NCBI RefSeq assembly: GCF_006345805.1
Contig: NC_043013.1
Span: 40,486,001 to 40,550,000 of the forward strand
Direction: 5' to 3'
Length of the DNA stretch: 64,000 nt
From: Octopus sinensis
Taxonomy: Eukaryota
The notes under the pieces are model-generated. The model was not told the origin of the DNA. It was given only the letters and a program-made list of their open reading frames with translations, and searched no databases. Both the position numbers and the translations under genes were made by a program. Positions 13,046-24,689 of this stretch are shown here, one piece after another; the first letter of the stretch is position 1; each line of letters begins with the position of its first letter.

Positions 13046-13448
13046 GATTAGTCGATTACATTGACCTCAGTGTTCAACTGGTACGTATTTTATCAACCCC
13101 GAAAGGATGAAAGACAAAAATCAACATTAGAATGTAAAGACGGACGAAATGTCGTTAAATATTTTGCCCGGTGCGCCAACGATTTTGCCAGCTCGCCGCC
13201 TTAATAATAATAATAATATAATAATAATAATAATAACAATAACAACAATAACAACGACGACGACGACGACGATTCTTTTTACTATAGATACAGGGCCTGA
13301 AATTTTAGGGAGAGGGATAGTCGATTACATCGACTCCAGTGTTTTACTTGTACTTAATTTATCGACCCCGAAAGGATGAAAGGAAAAGCCGACCTCAGCA
13401 GAATTTGAACTCAGAACGTAGCGATGGGCGAAATATCACTAAGCATCA

Positions 13449-13489
<41 letters not shown>

Positions 13490-13640
13490 GGATAATGATG
13501 ATGACCTGAAGACCTGAAATTTGGGGAGAAGGGGCTATCTATTACATCAACTCGAGTGCTTGACTTACATTTATTTTATCGACCTCGAAATGATGAAAAG
13601 CAAAGTCAACTTTGGCGGAATTTGAACTTAGAACGCAAGG
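13040..13640. repeat. Cluster of partial family B SINEs with (AAT)n and (ACG)n tracts
   Basis: Three GTCGATTACAT...GAAAGGATGAAAG..AAAGTC units separated by trinucleotide arrays. Confidence 0.65.
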
Positions 13641-13654
13641 ACTGGTGAAAGGAA

Positions 13655-14030
13655 AAACAACAGAATGAACCAATGGTAAGAAATGGAACTGCATGGTCAA
13701 TTCATACAACAAGCTAAAAATACTGGAAGTGAAGCCCGAAGGCTTTGGTTGACGGACGGGACCTTGAAATAAGAAACAGAAACGTTAATTACAGTCGCTC
13801 AGAGACAAACCCTTAGAACAAGTCCCGATCAAGGCAAAGATCGACAAAACTCGGTCAGACAGCAATTATAGAATTTGCAGGAAAGGAGACGAGAATATCA
13901 ATCACACTTTGAGTGAGTTCAGTATTCTAACATAACAGGACATGACTGTAGGCAAAAGAGAACATTGGGCTGTTAGCCGAGTATGTTAGTCGAGTCAATG
14001 CGGAACCTCAAGATATTAGTCAATTGTATT
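13655..14030 (+). pseudogene. Dong/R4-clade non-LTR retrotransposon fragment (post-RT and CCHC region)
   Basis: Frameshifted translation ELHGQFIQQ...WLTDGTLK.ETETLI..AQ.Q.LRT..IKAKIDKT..DSN.RIC.K.DE.I.H...HD...K..HW. Confidence 0.7.
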
Positions 14031-15140
14031 GAAACTTAGTATGCAACCTCTTAATGATACTATATTTACTGTTTCGCATTCTGCTATGTAGAAATATGTA
14101 TTCGTTACGACTTATAATCCATGAAATCCAAAATTTGACTAAAAATAGCGATTTTTAAAATTTTCAATTGCATTGCGGAGCTTGAAAAAATATTTAGCCG
14201 CAGAGTTCTTTATACCATAATTCGAAACAAAATATTGATTCTAGGTTACCAATTTCGAAAGTTGCATTTTTCTCTCCACCCTAATGTGTACCCTTAAAGT
14301 AGTTCTCAGGGAGGTTCAGCGTGACACAAAATGACAAGGCTAACCCTTTGAATTAAGGTACAACTCAATTTTGCCAGCTGGGTGGACTGGAGCAATGTGA
14401 AATAAAGTGTTTTGCTCAAGGAGACAACGCGCCACCAGGAATCGAAATCGCGACCTTATTAACCTGAGCCGAATACCCCTAGCCACTCAGCTATGTGCCT
14501 TGACAACTAAATCACAGAACAGAAATAACCAAATCATGAGAAGGACTGAAAACAGAAACAGTCCCTATAATAAATAGCAGGTGTTTTGGGAATTATTATG
14601 ATAAAAGATGCCGACTAATATATGTTCAAAACTCCAATGCTTACTTTTGTAATAAAAAAAAATAATAAAAAAGCAGAACAAAACTAGAGTCGCAGCTTCG
14701 AAACCGAATCGCTGGATACCGCAGTGAGGTCACGGTCGTTTCACGTGACCGAACAGTCAGTATCAAGCCGCCATGTGATTCGATTTTCTGCAACCTTCTA
14801 ATGACGGCAACTTCAGAATGTTGAGGCCGTTGCTGTAACGACTCCGTTCTCATTTTTCATTCACCCGCCGTGCAGATAAATAATGCTATAGATTTTGCTG
14901 TCATGAATTTAGCGCGTTTGTTTCCCCATTTGTGATAGGCTAGTCAGCTAATTTGTCGTAGGTCCCAGTAGTATGTCTCCCCACCCAGTGTATATAAATT
15001 GTCGTTTTTATTTTTCATCCAAACACCAACACAGAAAACAACTATGTGCGGTAAATAAAGCTTCTGTTATTAACTCTGTTCGTGAGTGTTGTTATTCAAT
15101 TTCACACGCAACCCTGGAACATTTTCATTCTTCATCAACA

Positions 15141-15239
15141 CAGCAAACGACACTAGCATTCCTAGACGTAACAACGCAGCAAACGACACTAGCATTCCTA
15201 GACATAAGAACGCAGCAAACGACACTAGCATTCCTAGAC
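15141..15239. repeat. 36-bp tandem repeat, 2.75 copies
   Basis: CAGCAAACGACACTAGCATTCCTAGAC at 15141, 15177 and 15213 with 9-nt linkers GTAACAACG and ATAAGAACG. Confidence 0.9.
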
Positions 15240-15826
15240 ACTGCACACGTCCTAAGAGTACTTTTTAATACAATAGAAAACAGAAAAATCAAACACAATA
15301 TACCCCAAGCACATAGATTTCATCGGTTGTGCAATGAAAGCATACAATGGAAATAAGACTACTGAAAACAAGAAACAATAACGATGATTGATGTTGTTCA
15401 TAATACTTCTCCACTCAATAACTGTAGACACGCCTAGGCTTTAAATATTCTACTTTAAGAATTAATTACAGAATACACCCCCACCTATAAAACTTTTTAT
15501 TGCAAATGATGACGTGAAATGCTTTTGACTTGAATTACTAACGTTGCTAACATTGCACCTGATGTACTTTATTTTCGTCACCTCGTATTTCTCTAGGGTC
15601 CGTATGAACGTAGTAAAAATTACATATCTTGTATTGTTTCTAAAAAAAAAAAAGCAAAGCAATAAGTTATTCTGGTATTGCAATTATTTGCAAGTTCTTT
15701 GTATATTTTAATTCAATGTTCTATTCTGTTCGTGAGAGCGTATTTGTGGCTGCGAATTTGTGTTAGTGTATTGATGAGATCGTAATCTACGATAGCTTCT
15801 TGTGATGGCAAACAATATATATATAT

Positions 15827-16100
15827 GATAGCATGTTTATGATAATTTATTTCTGATATGTCTATGAGAGCCTATATATGAACGTGTGTTTGAAGGCGTA
15901 TCTTTGATAGCCTATTATTGATAACGTATTAATGCTAGCCTCCTTATGGTAGCCTGTTTTGATAGTATATTTATGATGGTGTTGCTATGAAAGTGTTTAT
16001 GATACTGTATCTATGACAGCTTGTTTATGAGTGCATAATTACAGCGTATTCATGAGAGCATATTTATGATAGCGTATTTATGACGACGTATCTATGATAA
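15827..16100. repeat. Degenerate 14-bp minisatellite, consensus about GATAGCGTATTTAT
   Basis: Roughly 20 diverged units, e.g. GAGAGCATATTTAT GATAGCGTATTTAT GACGACGTATCTAT. Confidence 0.7.
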
Positions 16101-16164
16101 TGCAGTGGTTCTTAAACTAACAAATATCAACCTCATCCCTCTACTTGAAAAAAAAAACAAACAA

Positions 16165-16380
16165 AACAAACTAATTAACTAAGTTATCAAAAACAACAAA
16201 CAAAATAAAAAACAAAAAAATAATTAAGTGGCAATAACAAAAAAAACAACAACAATACTAAAAACCCTAATTAACTAAGTTGTCAGTAACAACAAGCAAA
16301 ATAAAAAACAAAACAATTAAGCTAACAATAATCATAGACTAAAAAAACAAAAACTAATTAACTAAGTTGACAAATAATAG
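16165..16380. repeat. A-rich ~95-bp tandem repeat anchored on CTAATTAACTAAGTT
   Basis: Motif occurs three times, at about 16171, 16267 and 16354. Confidence 0.6.
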
Positions 16381-16665
16381 TAGACCTAGTGTCACCTAGT
16401 ATTATCAAATCAACCAAGCTTGCAGATTGTCCAGCATCAGTGAATTAGACTGCTGTAATGATCTAACTGTAGCAGGTTCAATTTATCCACCTTAACAGGT
16501 TAATTCAAGAATCTTATTTAGGATTAAAGACACAGGATTAGATATCGTTTAGTTCCCCGGACATATTTTGTATGTCTATCACGCGATATCTTAAACAATG
16601 CTTAAAACAAGGAATCTGAGAACCAACGAATAAGACTATAAGATCGTTCTGCCTGTTAGATACAA

Positions 16666-17022
16666 TTACTCTTTCACTCTTTTACTTGTTTCAGTCATTT
16701 GACTGCGGCCATGCTGGAGCACCGCATTTAGTCGAGCAAATCGACCGCTGGACTTATTCTTTGTAAGCCTAGTACTTATTCTATCAGTCTCTTTTGCCGA
16801 ACCGCTAAGTTACGGGGATGTAAACACACCAGCATCGGTTGTCAAGCGATGTTGGGGGGACAGACACAGGCACACAAACGCACACTCACATATATATACA
16901 TACGACGGGCTTCTTTCAGTTTCACAATGCTTTGGTCGGCCCAAGGTGTCACGCAGTGGGACTGAACCCAGAACCATGTGGTTGGTAAGCAAGCTACTTA
17001 CCACACAGCCACTCCTGCGCCT
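16666..17022 (-). mobile_element. SINE family A
   Basis: Full reverse-complement copy from head to tail. Confidence 0.85.
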
Positions 17023-17469
17023 ATAATCTCTTTCATATCATACTATTCTACTGTATTAAAAAAAAAGAAAGAGACACAATATCTAATGTTGTTCTGAATG
17101 CATTAAATCTAAATAATAGACAGGAATGAACACAGCTGGAATGCTTTTGCTATAGATTTATTCGAACAGGGCTGACCTGCAGTTAAACAACAAGATGACG
17201 CGATGTCCGTTGCATGATCGTAGTCTTAATTTCAACCGAGGGAGCAGGTTTCTCAGTTATTAAAGCAAATCTACTATTATCCATCTAATATCCGGAAAAC
17301 AAAATTAAACAAATACAAAGAACCTTGGGAATTTCGCACTTGGCTACGTATGTGTGTTAGGAAAACCATTTTAGATAAAATTAAAGTACCGTAGGTTCAC
17401 TCATTTTAAAATCGGAACTTCTTGCTTTAGTTCACCAGGTTATTTTGGTGATTTTTTTCTTCTTTTTAA

Positions 17470-17972
17470 CCCTTCGTGGCCGGCGGGGTCTCTTGGAAAC
17501 CTAGTAAATTTTAAATATTATACAACTTTTACATTTTTTATTTAAATGGTTTTATATCTCATGACTTTTATCGTCAATAGTTTTTGTATGCACATACAAA
17601 TTTTTAGTATGGATGTTATAGCATAAAATATGGTCATTGCGGTCCAACTGGACCTCATTGGCCTTATGTAAAATTACTTCTTTCTGTTCTTTTTTCAGAT
17701 ATTCTAATGAACTATAAGTCAATTTTCTTCGTATTTGCACTGGTATGAATCGACATACTAAATAATTTTGTTTTATTTTATATTTAGTGCTATATGTATA
17801 GTTTATAGAACTATAAAAAAAAAAAGTGTTTAATTTCTTGTTCTGTATCACTCAGACATATGTACAAGATTAAACAAATAATACTTTATGGATAGTGCAG
17901 AAATGCTCAAAAATAAAAAAAGGGACTCCAATGGCCTTTTGTGTAATTCCAACGCCACCGGCCCACGAAGGG
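17470..17972. mobile_element. piggyBac-like MITE, 503 bp
   Basis: TTAA (17466-69) + CCCTTCGTGGCCGG ... CCGGCCCACGAAGGG + TTAA (17973-76). Confidence 0.85.
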
Positions 17973-18094
17973 TTAATGAGTTATATTTCTTGTGAAGACA
18001 TATTTGATGGTAGTCTCTTGCAGTATGAGACGCTTCTGCAATTTTTTTGCTGAACAACTTGTACATGTGATTTGTTTATATTGATCGAATGTAT

Positions 18095-18285
18095 GTGCTG
18101 TACATTAGCTCACTCCCTCCAGCAAATCAATGTTGGCTAAACAGAGGCGTGGTGTACCACACATCAGGTGTTGAAGTGAGCACAGAGCAACTTGAGATGT
18201 AATGTTTTGCTTAAGAACACAACACACCACTTGGTCAAAGAACTGAACCCACAATTTCGAGATTGTGAGTGCAACACCGACTATG
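18095..18285 (-). mobile_element. SINE family C variant
   Basis: CACATTAGCTCACTCCCTCC..CAAATC and TGTTTTGC..AAGAAC.CAAC shared with 49735-49940. Confidence 0.6.
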
Positions 18286-18339
18286 CATATATACATTCAT
18301 GTATAAATGGTAGTAGGTAGCAATTTCCTTCACTACTTC

Positions 18340-18690
18340 AGGGAGTGACGACCCTGTCTGACACGAACCCCGGGCTCAGCTGGCTCTGGCTGACAGTACC
18401 CGGTATGGGACCCTATCTAGGGTTACGGAAAGGAGACAACCTTCAGAGAAATCCGGAGTGGAGCCCCGTAGGCTGTTTAGTGTTCGGCTCGACATTCTTC
18501 CGGCAGCTCCTGCAACCAAGCTCGTGCCAAACGTAATGCTCTGTACTTCTTTGGACTACGTCAGCAAGGTCGAGAGAGGAAACCTGACGATTGGGCTACC
18601 CAGGATTTTCTTACATCTAGCCCAGGCCTGCGCAAAACTGGAGAGGAAACTGGAAAGGACAGGAAATGTAAAAACCAAACTGGATTAGTT
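18340..18690 (+). mobile_element. Probable 5' region of an RTE/RTE-X LINE
   Basis: GC-rich island in AT-rich DNA; CTTCCGGCAGCTCCTGCAACCAAGCT.GTGCCAAACGTA resembles RTE-clade 5' sequences as I recall them; not verified. Confidence 0.35.
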
Positions 18691-19559
18691 TATGCGCAAC
18701 TCCATTGTCTCACGAGACAAAAGGATGCCAAATACAATAAATGCATACACCAGATATAAACACACGCATACACCATACATACCGACATACTTATATGCAA
18801 AAAAACAAACTTGTTGACTTACGTATATTGATACACTAACACTAAGGTAACATATTTTTAAAATAAGCTAATGACGCGCGCGCACACACTCACACATATT
18901 TTTATGATTGTCTTGCATTTTAGTGATATGAAGTGTTTTGTTCAAGAAAACACAACGCACTACCCAGTCCAAGAATCGAAACCCTAACCACTAGGCCTGC
19001 ACCTTCGACCCTATAATGTCATTAAAGCCGAGAACCACATTGCACTCAAAGCAAATTATCTTCCGTGTCACTGTATTTCCTATCTTTTCTGTCTGGATAT
19101 TCCTGAATTATAAAGTTCATTTCTCTTTTAAAGCTATCTTTAAAAAAAACCCTTCTTGAGTCAATTTTCTCCTAAACGACGAATCTCTGAACCGCTATTA
19201 TCTGTATCAGATTAAAATTTATTTCCTTCTTACCTCGACCTTTCAGTCTTTCGTCTTTTACATTACCGGAATCTCACAGTTTTAGGAATTCAACGTTTTC
19301 CGCCTATCTGATTTAATATCTGATAGAATCCGGAAAGGCAGAAAGTCTCTTGCAAAAAATTACTTCACCATCATCTCCACCGATGCTTCCATCGCAACAT
19401 CCGCCTTCGCAACCACCTTCACCACACCCACAGCCGCCATCAATTTCATCGCCGCCGTCAACACCACCATCACGATCACAACATCCGCCGTCACAACCAT
19501 CATCACCACAACCGCAGCCACCACTTTATCAAAAAACTCAATGAATCATTTCCTTCGGG

Positions 19560-19561
<2 letters not shown>

Positions 19562-19594
<33 letters not shown>

Positions 19595-19987
19595 TCTCTC
19601 TCTCTCTCTCTTTTCTTCACATACATACACACCAACACATACATGTATAAACACACGCTCTCACCCACAACACAGAATGATGTCACTGAATAGAAGTCTG
19701 TTGGTTTTTGTAACTGGTTCTGTCTCCGTATTGTTATTCAATTTGACCGCCAGTCTCTGACAAAGGCAGATGTGCAATACTTGCCTTTGCTAGTTCACAC
19801 GTGCTTGCGTCCTGATATCATAATCCGTGGATTAGTTATTTAAACTTGTATAAGTAAGATCCTAAGATCCTATTTTATAATGCTAATATATTAAGTTGCA
19901 TATAATTTACACCATTCTGTCTCTCCTTTTCTTTCTCTCTCTGATTCACATACGCACACGCGGGGACACTCACACATACACACACAT

Positions 19988-20023
<36 letters not shown>

Positions 20024-20462
20024 ACACACCACACACACACACTTTCTCTCTCTCTCTCTCTTTTCTTCACATACATACACACCAACACATACATGTATAA
20101 ACACACGCTCTCACCCACAACACAGAATGATGTCACTGAATAGAAGTCTGTTGGTTTTTGTAACTGGTTCTGTCTCCGTATTGTTATTCAATTTGACCGC
20201 CAGTCTCTGACAAAGGCAGATGTGCAATACTTGCCTTTGCTAGTTCACACGTGCTTGCGTCCTGATATCATAATCCGTGGATTAGTTATTTAAACTTGTA
20301 TAACTAAGATCCTAAGATCCTATTTTATAATGCTAAATATATTAAGTTGCATATAATTTACACCATTCTGTCTCTCCTTTTCTTTCTCTCTCTGATTCAC
20401 ATACGCACACGCGGGGACACTCACACATACACACACATACGCACACACACACACACACACAT
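19562..20462. repeat. Near-perfect ~450-bp tandem duplication with junctions in (CA)n
   Basis: ACTTTCTCTCTC...TTTTCTTCAC at 19591 and 20041; TTAAGTTGCATAT at 19891 and 20342; only about 2 differences outside the microsatellites. Confidence 0.9.
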
Positions 20463-20589
20463 ACACACACACACACACATACACTCACTCATTCACTCAC
20501 TCACTCATAGACGCGCGCACACACACACAAACACGCGCACACACAATTATTAGTGTTTTAAACTGGAGGAACGTGCTGCGTCCGTGGAC

Positions 20590-21010
20590 TTCGCAAACTC
20601 CTGGAGATCATCGATGCAGTTGATATCCCTCTTGAAAAGTTGTAAGTTCATAGTAGAAAAAACATGGTCAGCGAGGGTATTCCAGAGAACAGACGTTCTG
20701 GTTGTAGTGGTTAGTGCAGGGTAGACACAATAGGAGTGATGAGAGATGAGTGAGCCAGAAGGGTCTGTGTGAAGTTTGTACGAGACCAGCCAATCCGAGG
20801 CGTCTAAGTTACTTTTGTGTCGACGGAATCGCTCCAGTGAGGACATAGTAAGTTTGTCGGGCAGAGATTTGAGTGGCACCTCCTATCTATTTCGAAGGTG
20901 AGAAGTGGTGCGGGAAAGAAAATTCGAGCATTTGTGGGTCCAGAAAACAATTGTGGGATCAGAAAGCGGAAATTGCTGATGCGTTTATCTTTGAATGGAA
21001 GGACGGACGA
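20590..21010 (-). pseudogene. CR1/L2/Jockey-group LINE RT C-terminal relic
   Basis: Minus-strand ORF contains RTSVLWNTLADHVFSTMNLQLFKRDIN, resembling the R...LWN.LP..VF....LQLFK..IN end of these LINEs. Confidence 0.5.
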
Positions 21011-21045
21011 GTAGAAGGTGAGTATGCGTGTGTGTGTGTGTGAGG

Positions 21046-21119
<74 letters not shown>

Positions 21120-21379
21120 CGGTCTGTAGGTGTGCGCAACGAGGATAGGAGAGCGGTAGCGTGGTTGACGGCTTGGGACTAGTAGCGTGCAGAGTTTACA
21201 ACTGATCAAGGGCACCCTTGATGCAGAAAGAATTATGGTGCTGTTTCACATTAGGATAAGAAATCTGAATCAATGCTGCAGAGCAGGCGAAATCAAAGAG
21301 ATTTGGAGAATGGTGTAGTGGATGGAATTAGGTAATATTCATAGTGATGGAGACATTGCGAAAACTAACTGAGGTATCG

Positions 21380-21760
21380 GATACGGTGGGGATCAATTCC
21401 AAGGCAGAGGGAAAGGAGTTAATGAAAGGGATAAAAGTACTGAGTTGTTGTTTGGTAAGTGTGATATCCAAAACACAGTCGACAATATAACGACCTTACA
21501 TCTCTGGAATGGATCTAGTGAAATGAACAAAGATTTGCTCTCAATGTGGCCTGAAAAGAAGTTTGCATAACTTGGACCCATCCTAGTTCCACATGGCGCC
21601 TCTGCTGACCTCTTTGTAAAATTTCCCACTTTAACACATCAGTGTGCAGCATTTCCACGCACCATGGGTCCACATACTCAAGGAAAGGGAGAGAACAACG
21701 GTTTATATTTGAAGTTGGTGCTATGCCACCAATACGTTGATATGAACGTTCTTCCTTCTA
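21380..21760 (-). pseudogene. Penelope-like element reverse transcriptase fragment
   Basis: CGTRMGPSYANFFSGHIE matches the PLE RT motif G.AMGTRMGPSYANLF.G..E. Confidence 0.7.
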
Positions 21761-22282
21761 CTCTTAGTTCAATAACCCCTTTCTTATCCCTCAACTATCT
21801 TTTCACTTCATCTTTTCCCTACATTTCAATCACACCTTAGCCCGTTTCTACTCGTTCAATTTTTCTTTCCTACTACCTCTCTCACTCAGTTTCTCTCTCT
21901 CTTACTCAGGAAATAAAGTTTCTGAATTGCTCAGAGAGCTCGCTAGATGTTGGTGATTGTTTTTATTGCCTAATTAACATAATTATAATTGATATAATCA
22001 GTGCAAGGGATTGATTATGGCAGAAGCATATTTGGTAGAGTAGAGACGTTGAAAAGTCCAGTCACCTGTTACCTTTGCTGGCAATAAAGAGCTTCTTTCT
22101 AAGAGTGTAAGTCAGGCTGAACGAAACAAGTATTAGAATTGTAATGGTGCATGACAGTGAGGCATGAGCATTTACTGTAGATATGAAAAACTGGAGGGGA
22201 TAATCCCAGATGCGTCATTGCAATCTAGAGAATAAGTGTGCTGAGAAAACGGCTGGAAATACATGCATTGACCGAAGTGCGA

Positions 22283-22508
22283 ACGAGGGAGTGGGTGCTG
22301 AAAAGTTCCTGGCTTTAAGGGCATCGCGAAAGGCTTGGTTGTAGGACCAACCTTCCGAGTTCTTTCACAGAGTTTAGAAAAACTCAAGGTCCACTGCAAC
22401 AAGTGTGTGAATCTGAGAGGAGAATATGTTGAATGAAACTATAATGAATAGATCTTCCTGTAATTTTTTTTTTTACTTAAAGCCAGGAACTTTTCAGCAT
22501 CCCCTCGT
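22283..22508 (+). mobile_element. Internally deleted mini-mariner, about 225 bp
   Basis: TIRs ACGAGGG(AGTG)GGTGCTGAAAAGTTCCTGGCTTTA and TAAAGCCAGGAACTTTTCAGCATCCCCTCGTA enclose only the transposase tail EKLKVHCNKCVNLRGEYVE*. Confidence 0.85.
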
Positions 22509-22989
22509 AGAATATATTATGGGACTGGTATGAATGTGTCGCACAAACGGGTAATAGTTTAGAACTGGTTGAGATAGAAGTGTTGTGTGCTGTCAGTGAA
22601 GGTTGTATGCATGGTAGAGAAAGGTCTTGGAAGAAGCAAGAAAATGTACTGGAAGTCAGATCACATGATGTTGGGCCTCAGAGAAGATATGAGAAAAAGA
22701 AAACTGAGATATCAATATACTGTACACCTCTCTCTCCACCAAACAAAGAAAACTCTACAACCTTATTCCAACATAAATACATAGATGTTAAAACTGTTGC
22801 TGAGAAACGGTTTGTAAATCAAAATCAGTCTCACTTGAGAAAAATAACTGACCCAGTAACAACAAAAACAACAACAAAAAGGAACGGAAAAATTGTCGAC
22901 TTCGAAATAAATTCTTTTATTAGTATGTTTTCCTTTCTATAATTTTTTCTTTCGAGAGTAAATGTAATTTCATAGTTCGTTTCATCTCG

Positions 22990-23250
22990 TTGATAATGCA
23001 GTATATATTTTTATGTGCAGCTTGTCTATTACTGCGCAAACCAACTGGAACGATTTGCACAAGACGTTGACCGTAACATCATCTAGTAATTGGTCCCTCG
23101 TGACTATTATCTCGAAACAAGGGATCTCTATCGAAGGCTTAGCTATAATAAAAATTTCTTGCCTTATTGATGTTCAACACCAGGATAGACACTTAAAAAT
23201 TCGTTGGTCTCTTAGCGTATTTGCACACTTGTAAAGTATTCATAAAATCT
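22990..23250 (+). repeat. Unclassified dispersed repeat, second copy about 29640-29830
   Basis: AACATCATCT.GTAATT.GTCC.TCGTGAC...GAAGGCTTA...ATTTCTTG.CTTATTGATGTTCA shared between the two sites. Confidence 0.55.
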
Positions 23251-23607
23251 GTATTTTTACTATCCTTACTATTTCTACGGCTGTTACAATCATTGACAAT
23301 TATTTTGTAGTTCTTTTGGGAGAATAGGTACTGTTTCAAGTTCTTCTGCTGTTATTGCAGTTTTTCAAATCGCAGTTTCTGTTATTATTGTCGCTGTTGT
23401 TGTTACTGCCGCTCCTGTTGCTGTTGTTGCAGCAACTGCTGCAGAAGCTAATTTATTTTGCGGCATCCATCTGTGACTTTGGTTGAGGAAATAAATGCTT
23501 TTCATAACATCTTTAATATAGAAATAGCAAACATTTTAATAACTTTAAGTATTAAATTACTTTTAAGTAATTTCATACATAGGACAGATACACACTCACA
23601 CACATTA

Positions 23608-23621
23608 TATATGTATGTATG

Positions 23622-23655
<34 letters not shown>

Positions 23656-23697
23656 TGTATGTATGTATGTATGTATGTATGTATGTATGTATGTATG

Positions 23698-23734
<37 letters not shown>

Positions 23735-23753
23735 GTATTATATAAATATACAT

Positions 23754-23784
<31 letters not shown>

Positions 23785-23815
23785 TATATTCATATATATT
23801 TATATAGGTCTCACA

Positions 23816-23905
<90 letters not shown>
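23608..23905. repeat. Compound microsatellite (TATG)n-(TA)n-(CA)n
   Basis: Direct inspection; explains all ORFs called across 23458-23989. Confidence 0.95.
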
Positions 23906-23907
<2 letters not shown>

Positions 23908-24384
23908 GCTGACAAATTTCTTAGTGCAAAAAGACATATTTCATTCTCAAAGATTTAGAAAAAGGACAAAAAAATATTATCTAATTTAGAGTATTGATAT
24001 GTTAAATATTTTATACTTGAATCTATTTAGTACTCTAAAATAGGAATTTCATTATACTTCTGTTCAAAAGTAAAATAAAATAAAATAGGACCGATAAAAG
24101 CGTAGATGAATTTCTAGAGAATTTAATTGTATTGGATTGCGATTTGAAAGTCATAACAGCTGATATTCTTTTATGATGTGGAATATATTCAAACATTATC
24201 ATAACCAAATTACTAGAAAACAAAACCTTCCCATTCAATAGCATCATTCAACAAGTTCAATCTTTGGAACAAACTTAGTCTGGTCGAGAATCGTAAGAAA
24301 TGCCTCCTCTTGCACCTGTGGGACCTTTTGGTGTTATCGAGAAAACTGTAAGTGGTAAATTTGAACAATCAAATCAATAAGTGC

Positions 24385-24545
24385 AGGTTTGGCTGTTTGC
24401 TAAGAAGCTTGCTTCCCAACCACATAGTTTAGAATTCAGTCCCATTGTGTGGCAGGTAGGGAAAGCGTCTTCTACTATAGCCTCGGGCCAACAAAAACCT
24501 TGTGAATGGATTTAGTAGACGTAAAATGAAAGAGGCCCATCGTGT
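24385..24545 (+). mobile_element. SINE family A, 5' half
   Basis: TAAGAAGCTTGCTTCCCAACCACAT...GTCTTCTACTATAGCCTCGGGCC...GTAGACG. Confidence 0.7.
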
Positions 24546-24689
24546 ATATATATAAAATTTACCGTGTAACGGTCCTGTTTTCATACCGAATTCTACTTGG
24601 TGAAATTTATTGATTACTTCTTAATTAATTAATTTTAACCTTTGTTATTATTGATATATATATATATATATATTATACTAATACTCAAA

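Noticed and set aside
15141-15239. 27-bp identical repeats with short variable linkers, CRISPR-like at first glance
   Set aside because: Linkers are only 9 nt and similar to each other, there are under 3 units, no cas genes, and the context is eukaryotic; it is a 36-bp tandem repeat.
19350-19544. Pro/Ser-rich ORF (PPSQPPSP...)
   Set aside because: Low-complexity (CCA/TCA/CCG)n DNA, non-ATG start, no recognisable domain.
23458-23989. Several overlapping ORFs
   Set aside because: All arise from (TATG)n, (TA)n and (CA)n arrays that lack stop codons.
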